Origin: Thiobacillus sp. | GTDB taxonomy: Bacteria > Pseudomonadota > Gammaproteobacteria > Burkholderiales > Thiobacillaceae | Assembly: GCA_019459705.1 (NCBI GenBank) | Contig: JAIBFE010000179.1 | Span: forward strand, 1 to 55,415 | Direction: 5' to 3' | DNA length: 55,415 bases | Shown here: positions 20,109 through 28,314 of the stretch, in pieces | Layout of the letters: every line of letters begins with the position of its first letter | How positions within the stretch are numbered: position 1 is the stretch's first letter | Notes under the pieces: generated by a model | Seen by the model: only the letters and a program-made list of their open reading frames with translations | What the model was told of the DNA's origin: nothing | Databases searched by the model: none | Translations under genes and position numbers: made by a program

Positions 20109-21400
20109 GAGACCTGCTCGTCACGGGCATTTTTTTCGGGGTGCTGCCCTTCATTTTCAAGCGTCCATGGGTCGGCATTCTTTTGTGGTGCTGGCTGGGT
20201 TACATGAACCCGCACCGCCAGGCCTGGGGATTTGCCTACGATTTCCCCTTCGCGTCCATCTGCGCCATTGTCACCATCATGGCTTTCCTGTTCTCGAAAG
20301 AGAAAAAGGAAATGGTCTGGACGCGCGAGACGGTGTTGCTGCTGATGTTCATTGGCTGGATGTTCATCACGACAGTGTTTGCGTTCTATTCGGAACTCGC
20401 ATGGCTGCAATGGAACAAGGTCTGGAAAATCCAGCTCATGATTTTCCTCACGGTCATGATCATCAAGGAGCGCCAGCACCTGCACTGGATGATCTGGGTC
20501 ATTGCCCTGTCATTGGGTTATTACGGGGTCAAGGGCGGCATATTCACCATTGTTCATGGGGGCTCTTTCCGGGTTCAGGGGCCGACCGGGACCTTTTTTT
20601 CCGGCAACAATGAGATGGCGCTGGTGCTGGCCATGCTCATCCCCCTGATCCGCTATCTGCACCTGCAGGAACCCCGCAAATGGGTTCGCCTGGGCCTTGC
20701 TTCGGCCATGGTGCTGTCGGGCGTTGCCGCCATTGGCAGCCAGTCGCGCGGTGGGCTGATTGCAATGGCGGCCATGGGCCTGTTCCTGTGGTTGAAGAGC
20801 CGGCACAAGTTCGTCATGGGTTTCTACATGGTCATCGCAGTCGCGATCGTGGCAGCAGTCATGCCGCAGGAATGGTACGACCGCATGAGCACCATCAAAA
20901 CCTACCAGGAAGACGAGTCGGCGCTGGGCCGCATCAACGCCTGGCATACCGCGTTCAATGTGGCGAAGGGTCGGGTGACCGGCGGCGGTTTCGAGATGTT
21001 CCAGGCACCGACCTTCCGGCAATACGCCCCCGATCCTTTCCGTGTACACGACGTGCATAGCATCTACTTCGAGGTGATGGGCGAGCATGGCTTCATCGGG
21101 CTTGGCATGTTCATCCTGCTGGCGGTGTTTGCCTGGATACGCGCCAACCAGGTAATACGCGAATGCAAGAATGACCCGCAGCGAAAATGGGCAGCCGACC
21201 TCGCAGCGATGATCCAGGTCAGCCTGGTCGGTTATGGGGCCGGCGGCGCCTTCCTCGGGTTGGCTTATTTCGACCTGACCTATCACCTGATGATCATTCT
21301 GATCCTGGTGGCGAAGTTCTCGGGTGTGCTGGAAAAACCCGCATACATACCGGCGAAATCAGCTTTTGTGCGTCCCGCCGCCCGCGTGGAGAACAAATAG
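20105..21400 (+). CDS. Putative O-glycosylation ligase / O-antigen-ligase-like membrane protein, XrtA-associated (TIGR03097-like)
   Basis: MRDL start, MNPHR, NNE.A, SQSRGG, SALGR, HSIYFEVMGEHG..G; about 10-12 TM segments. Confidence 0.88.
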   Translation: MRDLLVTGIFFGVLPFIFKRPWVGILLWCWLGYMNPHRQAWGFAYDFPFASICAIVTIMAFLFSKEKKEMVWTRETVLLLMFIGWMFITTVFAFYSELAWLQWNKVWKIQLMIFLTVMIIKERQHLHWMIWVIALSLGYYGVKGGIFTIVHGGSFRVQGPTGTFFSGNNEMALVLAMLIPLIRYLHLQEPRKWVRLGLASAMVLSGVAAIGSQSRGGLIAMAAMGLFLWLKSRHKFVMGFYMVIAVAIVAAVMPQEWYDRMSTIKTYQEDESALGRINAWHTAFNVAKGRVTGGGFEMFQAPTFRQYAPDPFRVHDVHSIYFEVMGEHGFIGLGMFILLAVFAWIRANQVIRECKNDPQRKWAADLAAMIQVSLVGYGAGGAFLGLAYFDLTYHLMIILILVAKFSGVLEKPAYIPAKSAFVRPAARVENK

Positions 21401-21429
21401 GTGGGGTGTTCCTGCGATTGATCGCCTGG

Positions 21430-23256
21430 TTAGTGTTCGTTCGCCTGCAGCCACTGCTCCAGCATCATCATCACCCAGATCATCACCCCGTAATAACTGG
21501 CATGCGGGCCGCGCTGCATGGCCAGCATGTGGTCGAGATAAGCGGGCTGGATCCAGCCGCGCTGTTTGAAAGCCATCAGGCTGGCTTCGACCTGATCGCC
21601 GAGCGGTGCATACTCGTTGCTCCACACCCCGAACGGCAGGCCGAAGCCGTGCTTGCTCTTGTTGATGATCTTTTCCGGAAGCAGGTCGCGTAAGGCTTCC
21701 TTGAAGAACCAGCGCAGTTTCTGTCCGCGCACCTTGAAATCCACCGGAAGATGATTGGCAAAGGCCACCATGCGGTCGTCCAGCAAGGGATAGCTCACCT
21801 CGACACCCGCTGCCTCGGTCATCGTGCCCACCTTGCGCAGGTCGTTGTCGGCAAGCGTGAACTTCAGGTCCACGTGCATCATGCGGTTGATGTAATGGTC
21901 CGAAAGCGTGCGCTGGTAGACCTCGGTCAGCGCTGCGTCGGCTGACGAAGGGTCGACGGCATTGATGAAGTCGGCGGCAAAAATCTGGTCCAGCGGGGTG
22001 CGGTGCAGGAAGTTGTAGCTTTCCAGCCGCAGCGGCAGGCCGATCTTGGCCTGGGTAACATAGCTTCTCAACTTGGTGAGCGGAAACTGGTTCGACAGCC
22101 CCGGCAGATGCGTCAGCGGCTCGATCACGCCGCGCCGCAGCAGTGCGGGCAGGTGGGCGTAGGCCTCGAACAGGCGCTGTTTGGCGTAGCGTGCGTTGCC
22201 GCCGAATATTTCATCGCCGCCATCGCCGGCGAACATGTGCCCGAATCCTGCTTCGCGTGCGGCCTTGGCGCAGAAATAGGTTGGTACCGCCGAAGCGTTG
22301 CCGAACGGCTCGTCGTATTCGCGCGCGATGATGGGAACCGCGCTGACGATGTCGGCCGGCTTCAGGTAGTACTCGCGGCTGTTGCTGCCGTAGCGCCCGG
22401 CGGCACAGCGGGCGTATTCCATCTCGTCGAAACCGGCGGCGTCAAAACCGATGGAGAAGGTGTCGACCGGCGCGCCGCGCGCGGCGGTCAGCGCGCCGAC
22501 CACGGTCGAACTGTCGGTGCCGCCAGACAGGAAAGCAGCAGTGGCAGGGGCATCGGCATCGCGCACGGACTGATCCAGCAGACTGCGGAAGGTGCGGCGG
22601 TGAGTATCGAAATCGGCATCGACCGGGCTGTAGTCGGCCTGCCAGTAAAAGCCGGTGCGGACCTGGCCGTTTTTCAGCGTGACGTATTGTCCGGGCAGCA
22701 GTTTGCGCACGCCCTGGTAAATGCTGCGGGGTGCGGGAATGGCGTGGAAATACAGGTAGTCGTAAATCGCCTGCGGATCGATGACACGTCCTGCAGCGGG
22801 ATGGGCCGCCACGCTTTGCACGCTGCTGCCGAACACCAGCTGGCCGCCGTGCTTGGCGTAACACAGGCGCTCGGCGCCCACCCGGTCGAGCGCCAGGAAG
22901 GCTTGTTTCTTCAGGGGTTCGAGCACGGCAAAGGCGAAGTTGCCCTGCATCAGGGTCGGCAGTTTTTCGCCAAAACGCACCCAGCCATGCGCCGCCGCCG
23001 TGGCGGGACTCTGGTCGCGTGCGATGAAGGCCAGTTCGTCATTCAGAAAGCGCGGGCGCCCGTATAGCGCTGCGGCCAGCCCGTTCTCGACGTGAATGTC
23101 GGCCTTGCCGAAGCGTGAGCAACCCGCCACGCCCAGGAGCTGACTGCTGTGTTCGTGCAGCAGTCCTTCCGGCGACAGCTTGGCTGCCTGCCCCATGTGC
23201 TTGATCAAATCCTGATGCGCGCCGTGGTCGCCCAGCCAGCCAAAAATGCCATCCAT
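21430..23256 (-). CDS. Asparagine-synthase-related ATP-dependent ligase lacking the N-terminal catalytic Cys
   Basis: Starts MDGIFG; has G.FAFA, DR.G, AFLSGGTDSS, GDGGDE.FGG, DL.K, K.KHGFGLP. Confidence 0.85.
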   Translation of the reverse strand: MDGIFGWLGDHGAHQDLIKHMGQAAKLSPEGLLHEHSSQLLGVAGCSRFGKADIHVENGLAAALYGRPRFLNDELAFIARDQSPATAAAHGWVRFGEKLPTLMQGNFAFAVLEPLKKQAFLALDRVGAERLCYAKHGGQLVFGSSVQSVAAHPAAGRVIDPQAIYDYLYFHAIPAPRSIYQGVRKLLPGQYVTLKNGQVRTGFYWQADYSPVDADFDTHRRTFRSLLDQSVRDADAPATAAFLSGGTDSSTVVGALTAARGAPVDTFSIGFDAAGFDEMEYARCAAGRYGSNSREYYLKPADIVSAVPIIAREYDEPFGNASAVPTYFCAKAAREAGFGHMFAGDGGDEIFGGNARYAKQRLFEAYAHLPALLRRGVIEPLTHLPGLSNQFPLTKLRSYVTQAKIGLPLRLESYNFLHRTPLDQIFAADFINAVDPSSADAALTEVYQRTLSDHYINRMMHVDLKFTLADNDLRKVGTMTEAAGVEVSYPLLDDRMVAFANHLPVDFKVRGQKLRWFFKEALRDLLPEKIINKSKHGFGLPFGVWSNEYAPLGDQVEASLMAFKQRGWIQPAYLDHMLAMQRGPHASYYGVMIWVMMMLEQWLQANEH

Positions 23257-23315
23257 GGTGTCGTGTGCCAGAGTGATGCGAGATAATGAACACTGATATT
23301 AACGGGCTTGCCGGT

Positions 23316-23332
23316 CTGGCACGAATCCTGTT
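23316..23332 (+). promoter_or_regulatory. Possible sigma-54 promoter (variant -12) upstream of the sulfotransferase run
   Basis: CTGGCACGAATCCTGTT: perfect -24 TGGCACG but GG-N10-GT rather than GC; lies in the divergent intergenic region. Confidence 0.35.
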
Positions 23333-23377
23333 TGTCGAACCCGCGACCCTTTGCCATGTTGTCAGAAAGCCAAGTCT

Positions 23378-24295
23378 TTGAGTGAATTCCTGGAAAAAGT
23401 AAGCAAAACGCTTGCCTGGCACGCACGCCGCCTTCAGCGTGAGCTGCGCAGCGCCCGCTGGGCGCTGACGCATCCGCCTGCGCAACGACCGGTCATTGTG
23501 GTCGGCTGTTCGCGTGCGGGCACCACCCTGGTCTACAAGACCTTGTCCGAATCGCAGGAGATCGGCAGCCTGCAACGCGAAACCCACGATTACTGGACCG
23601 GCCTGCATCCGCTGGCTGACAAGGACTGGAATACCCATGCACTGGATGCGAGCGATGCCAGTGATCGCGACCGCGATAGCGTAAGCCGCTATTTTTACAG
23701 ATGGACAGGGCAGCATCGCTGGGTCGACAAGAACAACCAGAACGGCCTGTGCGTTCCCTATCTGCAGGCGCTGTTTCCCGACGCCGTGTTCGTCTTCGTC
23801 AAGCGCAGCCCCGGCGACAACCTCAATTCGCTGATCGAGGGCTGGAGGAAGCCTGACGAATTCGCCACCTGGTCGAACGGCCTGCCGGCGACGGTGGCGG
23901 TGGAGAACGGGCAACTCCATCAGTGGTGCTTCTTCCTCGCCGAGGGCTGGCGCAATTATCTGCACGCACCGGTCGAGGACGTTGCCGCGTTCCAGTACAC
24001 CGCCATCAATCAGGCGATCCTCGACGCCAAGGCGAAGGTTCCTGCAGGGCAATGGGTCGAGGTGTTCTACGAGGATTTCCTGCGCGATCCCGTCGCCACC
24101 TTCAGCCAGGTGTTCGAAGGCTGCGGCCTGCGCTTTGATTCACGTCTGCAGGCGCATTGCGCCGAGGTGCTCGACATCCCCTATAACGCCTTCTCCGAAA
24201 TCCGCCTGGACAAATGGAAGGACGGCCGCAACCGCGGCAAGATCGAGCGCGTGCTGCCGCAGGTGGCCGACGTGGCCGCCCGGATGGGATATTGA
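23378..24295 (+). CDS. PAPS-dependent sulfotransferase (Sulfotransfer_3-like)
   Basis: 5'-PSB loop VVGCSRAGTT, WVDKN, LFPDA.FVFVKRSP.D..NS (3'-PB), YEDF; start uncertain (TTG 23378). Confidence 0.85.
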   Translation: MSEFLEKVSKTLAWHARRLQRELRSARWALTHPPAQRPVIVVGCSRAGTTLVYKTLSESQEIGSLQRETHDYWTGLHPLADKDWNTHALDASDASDRDRDSVSRYFYRWTGQHRWVDKNNQNGLCVPYLQALFPDAVFVFVKRSPGDNLNSLIEGWRKPDEFATWSNGLPATVAVENGQLHQWCFFLAEGWRNYLHAPVEDVAAFQYTAINQAILDAKAKVPAGQWVEVFYEDFLRDPVATFSQVFEGCGLRFDSRLQAHCAEVLDIPYNAFSEIRLDKWKDGRNRGKIERVLPQVADVAARMGY

Positions 24296-25488
24296 TGACG
24301 GTGTTGGCGCTTGCTCTCGCGATGCTGCTGGTATTGTGGGCAAGCGTGCTGCTGGCTTTTGCCCCCCCGCTGCTTGCGCGCTGGCGCGAACCGGTTCTGA
24401 AATTTCCCGTACTTATCATCGAAAGCGACGACTGGGGCGCCGGCCCTCTGGCCCAGGCCGGCGCGCTGAGGCGCCTGTCCGACACCCTGCAGCGTATCCG
24501 CGACTGCCGTGGCCGGCCGGCGGTGATGACGCTGGGCGTGGTGCTGGAGGTTCCGGACGGCGAGCGGATTGCCGCGGCCGGCTGCACCGAATACCACGGG
24601 CTGCCCCTTGCCGACCCCCGCTTCGATGCCGTGCGCGCTGCCATGGCCTCAGGGGTTGAAGCAGGCGTGTTTGCTCCGCAACTGCATGGCCAGTGCCACT
24701 ACTGGCCAGCGACGCTGCTGGCTGCAGCCAGAACGGACCCCGCTGTGCGCGACTGGCTCACCTCACCCGAACCTGCTTCGACCGAAACCCTGCCTTCCCC
24801 TCTGCAAAGCCGCTGGGTCGATGCATCCAGCCTGCCGTCGCGCCCGGTTGACCCGGCCGATATACAGCAAGCCGCAGCCCGTGAAGCGGCCGACTATGCG
24901 GCGATATTCGGGCAGGCACCGGCAACGGCGGTGGCAACGACTTTTGTCTGGAACGACGTGGTCGAAGCGGCCTGGGCGCAGGCCGGAGTCGACGTCATCA
25001 TCACGCCTGGGCGTCGCGCCACCTGCCGCAACGCGGCCGGCCAGCCCGCCTGCGTCGATGCAGCGATGCTGACAGGTGAGCATTCGCTCGCGGGGCAAAC
25101 CTATCTGGTGCGCGACGTGTACTTCGAGCCTGCGCTGGGCCATGTCCCGCAGCGTCTGCTGGACGGCCTGCTTGCGCGCACCCGGCAAGGCCGCGCCTGC
25201 CTGGTGGAGACCCATCGCTTCAATTTTCTGCAGGCGCCGGACGCCAGCCTGGCCACCCTTGAAACCGGGTTGAACGCTGCCCTTGCAAGCTGCCCGAACG
25301 TGCGCTTTGTGTCTCCGCTTGAACTGGCACACGCGGTCCGGGCGCGCAACCCGGACTGGCTCGAAACCCGGCTGATGCCCTGTCTCGTCGCCTGGCGCGC
25401 CCGCCTGGAGGAGGTCCCGGGGTTTCGCCGGGTGGCACGACTCACTGGCCTGGCGCTGCCACTGGCCTTGCTGGGGCGGGCAGCATGA
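24295..25488 (+). CDS. Membrane-anchored polysaccharide-deacetylase-like (NodB/CE4-type barrel) protein
   Basis: N-terminal hydrophobic anchor, IIESDDWG, PQLHG.CH (candidate Asp-His-His metal site), ETHR.NF. Confidence 0.55.
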   Translation: MTVLALALAMLLVLWASVLLAFAPPLLARWREPVLKFPVLIIESDDWGAGPLAQAGALRRLSDTLQRIRDCRGRPAVMTLGVVLEVPDGERIAAAGCTEYHGLPLADPRFDAVRAAMASGVEAGVFAPQLHGQCHYWPATLLAAARTDPAVRDWLTSPEPASTETLPSPLQSRWVDASSLPSRPVDPADIQQAAAREAADYAAIFGQAPATAVATTFVWNDVVEAAWAQAGVDVIITPGRRATCRNAAGQPACVDAAMLTGEHSLAGQTYLVRDVYFEPALGHVPQRLLDGLLARTRQGRACLVETHRFNFLQAPDASLATLETGLNAALASCPNVRFVSPLELAHAVRARNPDWLETRLMPCLVAWRARLEEVPGFRRVARLTGLALPLALLGRAA

Positions 25489-26414
25489 ACCCGCGCTTCT
25501 CGGTCGTCATCCCTGCATTCAACGCTGCGGCGACGCTGGCCCGCGCGATCGGATCCGTGCGTGCGCAAAGCTGGCCGGCGCACGAAATCATCGTGGTCGA
25601 TGACGGATCGACCGATGCCACGGCTGAAGTCGCACGCCAGTCTGGCGAGGCGGTGCGGCTGATCCGGCAGAAAAACTGCGGCGTATCGGTGGCTCGCAAT
25701 GCGGGTGCGGCTGCGGCGACCGGCGAGTGGCTGGCGTTTCTGGATGCCGACGACTGGTACGCCCCGGACCGGCTGAAGCTTCACGCAGAATGGATTACGG
25801 ATGATCCAGGGCTGGATTTCTTGACGGGCGACTACGAGTACCGTGACGATGCCGGCAGCCTGCTCGGAACCTCGATGGCGCAGCATGCGTCCGGCCGCTT
25901 GCTGCTGGCCAAGGCCGCTGGCGCAACGCGTGTGTTGATGGAGACACCGTCCGAACTGGCCGCGTTCGTCGCTGACCATTTCGGCGACACGCACACCCTC
26001 TCGGTGCCGCGTGCCCGTTTTGTCGAACTGGGCGGCTACCCCACCGGCTTCAAGGTGTGCGAAGACGTGCATTTCCTCACCCGTCTGGTGGCCAGGAGCC
26101 GCCGTATCGGCGTGGTGTGTCAAAGCCTCGGTGCATACGTCATCCATGGCGGCAGCGCCACCCGGCGCGACCCTGTGGCGGCGCAGCGCGAAAACGTGCG
26201 TACGCTGACCGACCTTGCACGGCTGGCCGACAATTTCCCGGCGTCTGTCAGGCAGGGCGTGGCGGCCCGCATGCATGGCGCCCGCTACAACCTCGGCTGC
26301 GCATTGAGCAAAAGTGGACAGCACGTCGCTGCTGCAAAGGCTGTGCTGCCTTCACTTGCTGCAAGGCCTGGCTGGCAGACTCTGCGCGATGTGCTGTCGA
26401 TGCTGAAAGGATGA
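25485..26414 (+). CDS. GT2 glycosyltransferase
   Basis: [30 protein letters not shown]. Confidence 0.9.
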   Translation: MNPRFSVVIPAFNAAATLARAIGSVRAQSWPAHEIIVVDDGSTDATAEVARQSGEAVRLIRQKNCGVSVARNAGAAAATGEWLAFLDADDWYAPDRLKLHAEWITDDPGLDFLTGDYEYRDDAGSLLGTSMAQHASGRLLLAKAAGATRVLMETPSELAAFVADHFGDTHTLSVPRARFVELGGYPTGFKVCEDVHFLTRLVARSRRIGVVCQSLGAYVIHGGSATRRDPVAAQRENVRTLTDLARLADNFPASVRQGVAARMHGARYNLGCALSKSGQHVAAAKAVLPSLAARPGWQTLRDVLSMLKG

Positions 26415-26418
26415 ACGC

Positions 26419-27573
26419 TTGAATCGCCTTCTCGTCCTCACCGAGCTCTTCCTGCCCACCAAGGGCGGCACCGCCGTGTGGGCGGCTGAGGTCTACAAAC
26501 GCCTCGGCGGCAAGGAAATCCACATCGTCACTGCAGACGTGCCGGGTGCAGCAGCAGTCGACGCCGTCCATCCCAACACCATCCATCGCCTCAACCTCAA
26601 GCGGGTGCCCTGGCTGCGTCCCGAGTCGCTGGCGATGTATGCGCGCTTCTTCATCAAGTCGCTGGCGCTAGCGCTCACCCGCCGCTTCGATGCCATCCAT
26701 GCCTTTCGTGCATTGCCAGAAGGTCTGGTGGCATGGGCGGTGGCACGTCTGACCTTTCGCCCCGTCGTCATCTACGCTCATGGCGAGGAACTCACCACCT
26801 GGGGGCGGGGCGGCAAGTACAAGACCATGCGCTTCGCCCTGCGCCATGCTGATCGCGTCATCGCAAACAGTGAACACACGCGCGATACGCTGTTGGATAT
26901 GGGAATCGATGCGGCGCGGATTGCGATCATCTATCCGGGTGTCGATGTAACGGTGTTCAGACCGGGGCTGGATACCGCCGGCCTGCGCGAGAGCCTGGAC
27001 ATCGGTCCCCACGACAGGCTGGTGTTCTCGGTGGGGCGACTGTCGCGGCGCAAGGGTTTCGACCAGATGGTCCGTGCTGTGGCGCAGCTGCGCGACGAAG
27101 GGCTGGCGCTGCGCTATGTCATTGCAGGCGTTGGCGAGGACGCCGACTACCTCGATAGCCTGATCGAGGAACATAATGTACAAAGCGTCGTCCACCGGAT
27201 TGGTGCGGTGAGCGAGGCCGATTTGCCGCGCTGGATGAATGTCTGTGATGTATTTGCCATGCCAAACCGCGAGATCAATGGCGACAATGAGGGCTTCGGC
27301 ATGGTGTTCATCGAGGCGGCCGCGTGCGGCAAAGCGAGTTTGGCTGGCAATGCCGGCGGCACGGGTTCCGCGGTGATTGATGGCGAAACCGGACTCAGAA
27401 TAGAAGGCACGCACATCAGCGCCATCGCAAACGGGCTGGCGAGATTGCTCACTGACGAGGGTGAACGTATGGGAATGGCTGCAATCGAACGGACGCAGCG
27501 CGAATTTGCCTGGGAGAAAGTGGCGGAAAAAACCTCCGCCCTGAACCGGGCTCAACAGAGGAGCAGATCATGA
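26419..27573 (+). CDS. GT4 glycosyltransferase (PimB-like)
   Basis: F.P.KGG, HGEE, PGVD, GRLSRRKG, EGFGMVFIEA; TTG start. Confidence 0.9.
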   Translation: MNRLLVLTELFLPTKGGTAVWAAEVYKRLGGKEIHIVTADVPGAAAVDAVHPNTIHRLNLKRVPWLRPESLAMYARFFIKSLALALTRRFDAIHAFRALPEGLVAWAVARLTFRPVVIYAHGEELTTWGRGGKYKTMRFALRHADRVIANSEHTRDTLLDMGIDAARIAIIYPGVDVTVFRPGLDTAGLRESLDIGPHDRLVFSVGRLSRRKGFDQMVRAVAQLRDEGLALRYVIAGVGEDADYLDSLIEEHNVQSVVHRIGAVSEADLPRWMNVCDVFAMPNREINGDNEGFGMVFIEAAACGKASLAGNAGGTGSAVIDGETGLRIEGTHISAIANGLARLLTDEGERMGMAAIERTQREFAWEKVAEKTSALNRAQQRSRS

Positions 27574-28295
27574 AATTCATCCTGTTGGCCCTGGCGGGGG
27601 TGCTGGCTGCCGATCCGGCTTTTGCCCTGCAATGGGGCAGAACCGCAGCAGAGGATGCCATGTGCAGTGCGCAAATTGCGGGCCGCGACAAGTCTGACAA
27701 GCAAAACTGGGGACATATGCATCATTACTGCGATGGCCTGCGTTTCTACAACCGGGCTTTGTCGAGCACTCGCGATCGCAATGATTTCAACTTCAATATC
27801 AAGGAATCGTTGGACGGGTTCGATTACGTCCTGTCGCATACATCGAAGGATTTTGGCATGCGGCCAGAAGTCATCGCTGGCAAGGCGAGAACCCTCGCGC
27901 TTGCCGGGCACAAGGGTGCGGCGGTCAGCCTTTACACAGGCGTTGTTCAGCAGACTCCCAAGTATGTCCCGGCTTATCTTTACCTTGCAGACTACTATGC
28001 GTCGAGTGACCGCAAAAAGGCACTCAGCCTCGTCAGCGATGGCTTGCGCCACAATCCCGGCACCAAGAGTCTGCAAAGGCGATATCAGGAACTGGGCGGA
28101 AAACTCCCATACCCTGAACCGCTGGTCCAGGCAGCGCCGGCTGTGACTACACCCCCACCAGCGGAGGCACCGGTAGCCGCAGCGGAGGCCTCAGCCGAAG
28201 TGGGTTCGGCTGAGAAAATGGTCACAGAGCCCGCCGCCGAAAAGCCCAAGATCGGTTCTCCGACAAACCCCTACTGCCGCTTCTGCCCCGACTGA
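27570..28295 (+). CDS. Secreted helical/TPR-like protein with Ala/Pro linker and C-terminal CxxC
   Basis: Signal peptide (AFA-L), HMHHYC, TPR-like helices (PKYVPAYLYLADYY), AP-rich linker, ends NPYCRFCPD. Confidence 0.65.
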   Translation: MKFILLALAGVLAADPAFALQWGRTAAEDAMCSAQIAGRDKSDKQNWGHMHHYCDGLRFYNRALSSTRDRNDFNFNIKESLDGFDYVLSHTSKDFGMRPEVIAGKARTLALAGHKGAAVSLYTGVVQQTPKYVPAYLYLADYYASSDRKKALSLVSDGLRHNPGTKSLQRRYQELGGKLPYPEPLVQAAPAVTTPPPAEAPVAAAEASAEVGSAEKMVTEPAAEKPKIGSPTNPYCRFCPD

Positions 28296-28314
28296 GCGCC
28301 TGGCAGGCATCAAC

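Noticed and set aside
21430-23256. Lasso-peptide cyclase cluster
   Set aside because: No precursor, RRE or transglutaminase-like peptidase is visible; the context is glycan synthesis.
23265-23322. 8-bp inverted repeat GTGCCAGA/TCTGGCAC as a mirror sigma-54 promoter or inversion site for the AsnB-like gene
   Set aside because: The minus-strand copy has no -12 GC and abuts the ATG; both arms lie on one side of the gene, so they cannot invert it.
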